In this document: in pieces, positions 63,139 to 64,000 of the stretch
How the letters are laid out: every line of letters begins with the position of its first letter
Position numbering within the stretch: the first letter of the stretch is position 1
DNA from: a virus
Taxonomy: Duplodnaviria; Caudoviricetes
DNA: 64,000 nucleotides
IMG/VR virus record: IMGVR_UViG_3300028886_000035
Span: 128,001 to 192,000 of that record
Strand: one strand, 5' to 3'
The notes under the pieces: model-generated
What the model saw: the letters and a program-made list of their open reading frames with translations, nothing else
What the model was told of the DNA's origin: nothing
The model's database searches: none
Position numbers and translations under genes: made by a program

Positions 63139-63303
63139 TTAGCTTATTTTTGTTACCTTATACACATCTTTAATGCATTTATTGTCAAACCAAAATTCAG
63201 TATCTACTAAAAGAGTAAGTGTCAGTAAAAAGCTATTTTCTTTAGCTCTCACTACTTTATTGATTGATTTAAGTGTTACATAATCACCTACATTAACTTT
63301 CAT
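63139..63303 (-). pseudogene. Decayed tandem paralog of 63316..63591
   Basis: MKVNVGDYVTLKSINKVVES*...WFDNKCIKDVYKVTKIS*. Confidence 0.7.
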
Positions 63304-63315
63304 TGTAATACCTCC

Positions 63316-63591
63316 TTATTTATTTACTTTTGTTAATCTATATACGTCTTTAATACACATTTCGTCAAAGCCCCACATTTTTCCTTTTATGTCAACCCAA
63401 ACACCATCTTGATTTGCTTCTAATACTTTATACTTATTAGAAGTCCCCATTGCGTCTAACATATTAGTTGAGAAATAATCTGTATCCGTAGTTACATTTC
63501 CATCATTCGCCACATCCCAAAACTTATAGAGAGGTTTTACCTCCTCGATGGATTTCAACGTGACATAATCTCCATTCCTGATGTTCATCAT
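63316..63591 (-). CDS. Hypothetical (SH3-like) protein
   Basis: GDYVTLKS...; promoter and AGGAGG RBS. Confidence 0.75.
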   Translation of the reverse strand: MMNIRNGDYVTLKSIEEVKPLYKFWDVANDGNVTTDTDYFSTNMLDAMGTSNKYKVLEANQDGVWVDIKGKMWGFDEMCIKDVYRLTKVNK

Positions 63592-63720
63592 TATATCCTC
63601 CTGTCTATTGGTCTCTGAACCTTAACTCTGTATATAGTATAGCATAGGTAGAACAAGAAGTCAATAGTAAATCAAAAAATTTTTTATAAACCATGATACA
63701 GAAACGTTTCACAAAACATT

Positions 63721-63999
63721 TTACAATCCAAAAAACAATCTTCTTGCTTTGTTATGACAAGTAATAAAACTATTTTTATACCAATTTGGAATATACAAAT
63801 AGAATATTTCAAATAAATCTATGGGTGAAAAATTTATCCTAGAACTTGTAAATCTAGGAAATATATCTTGACAAAAACTATTTATATCAAAATTACGATT
63901 ACCATATTTTTTATACCAAAACCAATCTCTGTCTTTACGTTCTCTATTTTGTTTTCTTCTAAATATACGAATTGTATAAAAACTATCCATGGATTGCAA
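63721..63999 (-). CDS. G-hydrophobic family protein, 5' end truncated by window edge
   Basis: Ends KARRLFFGL*. Confidence 0.55.
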   Translation of the reverse strand: MQSMDSFYTIRIFRRKQNRERKDRDWFWYKKYGNRNFDINSFCQDIFPRFTSSRINFSPIDLFEIFYLYIPNWYKNSFITCHNKARRLFFGL

Positions 64000-64000
64000 A

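Larger units (their letters stand above)
38493..63726. repeat. Dispersed 16-bp motif ATAAAACATTTTACAA, about 50 copies at about 27 intergenic loci, mostly ~50-bp inverted pairs
   Basis: Approximate loci: 38493, 39298(x3), 39913(x3), 40453(x3), 41612(x3), 42718, 43715, 44129, 44788, 45263, 46669, 47919, 48630, 49371, 49881, 50629, 51228, 51555, 53381, 54446, 56678, 58138, 59316, 60008, 60939, 62238, 63711. Confidence 0.95.

Noticed and set aside
38493-63726. 16-bp repeats as a CRISPR array
   Set aside because: Orientation alternates, the repeats are short and separated by whole genes, and there are no cas genes.
38493-63726. Main motif as a known host site (cre/CcpA, Rex, parS, dif, LexA)
   Set aside because: It lacks the central CG of cre and does not fit the other consensuses by eye; a PWM search was not run.
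1-64000. Stop-codon reassignment
   Set aside because: Long conserved genes such as the ligase are intact in code 11, all three stops terminate genes, and the breaks involve mixed stops and frameshifts.
1-64000. tRNA or rRNA genes, integrase, reverse transcriptase/DGR
   Set aside because: No recognisable signatures seen in this window.

Overview
AT-rich segment of a large, probably lytic (jumbo-like) phage of a Firmicutes-type host. Support: GGAGG ribosome-binding sites, sigma70/sigmaA consensus promoters, genetic code 11, no integrase, rRNA, tRNA or CRISPR seen. It has four blocks. (1) 1-10.4 kb: minus-strand tail-fibre/adsorption module with paralogous genes and an FN3-like protein. (2) 10.4-37 kb: NAD-dependent DNA ligase and a few larger orphans inside an array of about 33 intact, plus at least 6 broken, small and otherwise dissimilar proteins. 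Nearly all of these end in a hydrophobic helix followed by Gly-(L/I/M/V/F)-stop. A tnpB/omegaRNA remnant sits in this array. (3) 33.5-34.7 kb and 37.4-38.8 kb: repeat-rich non-coding regions (candidate origin or terminus, candidate ncRNA). (4) 38.8-64 kb: two convergent arms of mostly single-gene early/host-takeover cassettes (promoter-RBS-gene-terminator). They are separated by about 50 copies of the motif ATAAAACATTTTACAA, mostly as ~50-bp inverted pairs with a variable centre. Cargo includes HicA-like, SprT-like, DUF1281-like, GP88-like and acidic DNA-mimic-like proteins. The two best candidate new systems are the C-terminal Gly-hydrophobic tag family and the repeat-delimited cassette array. 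All counts and family calls were made by eye, without database searches.
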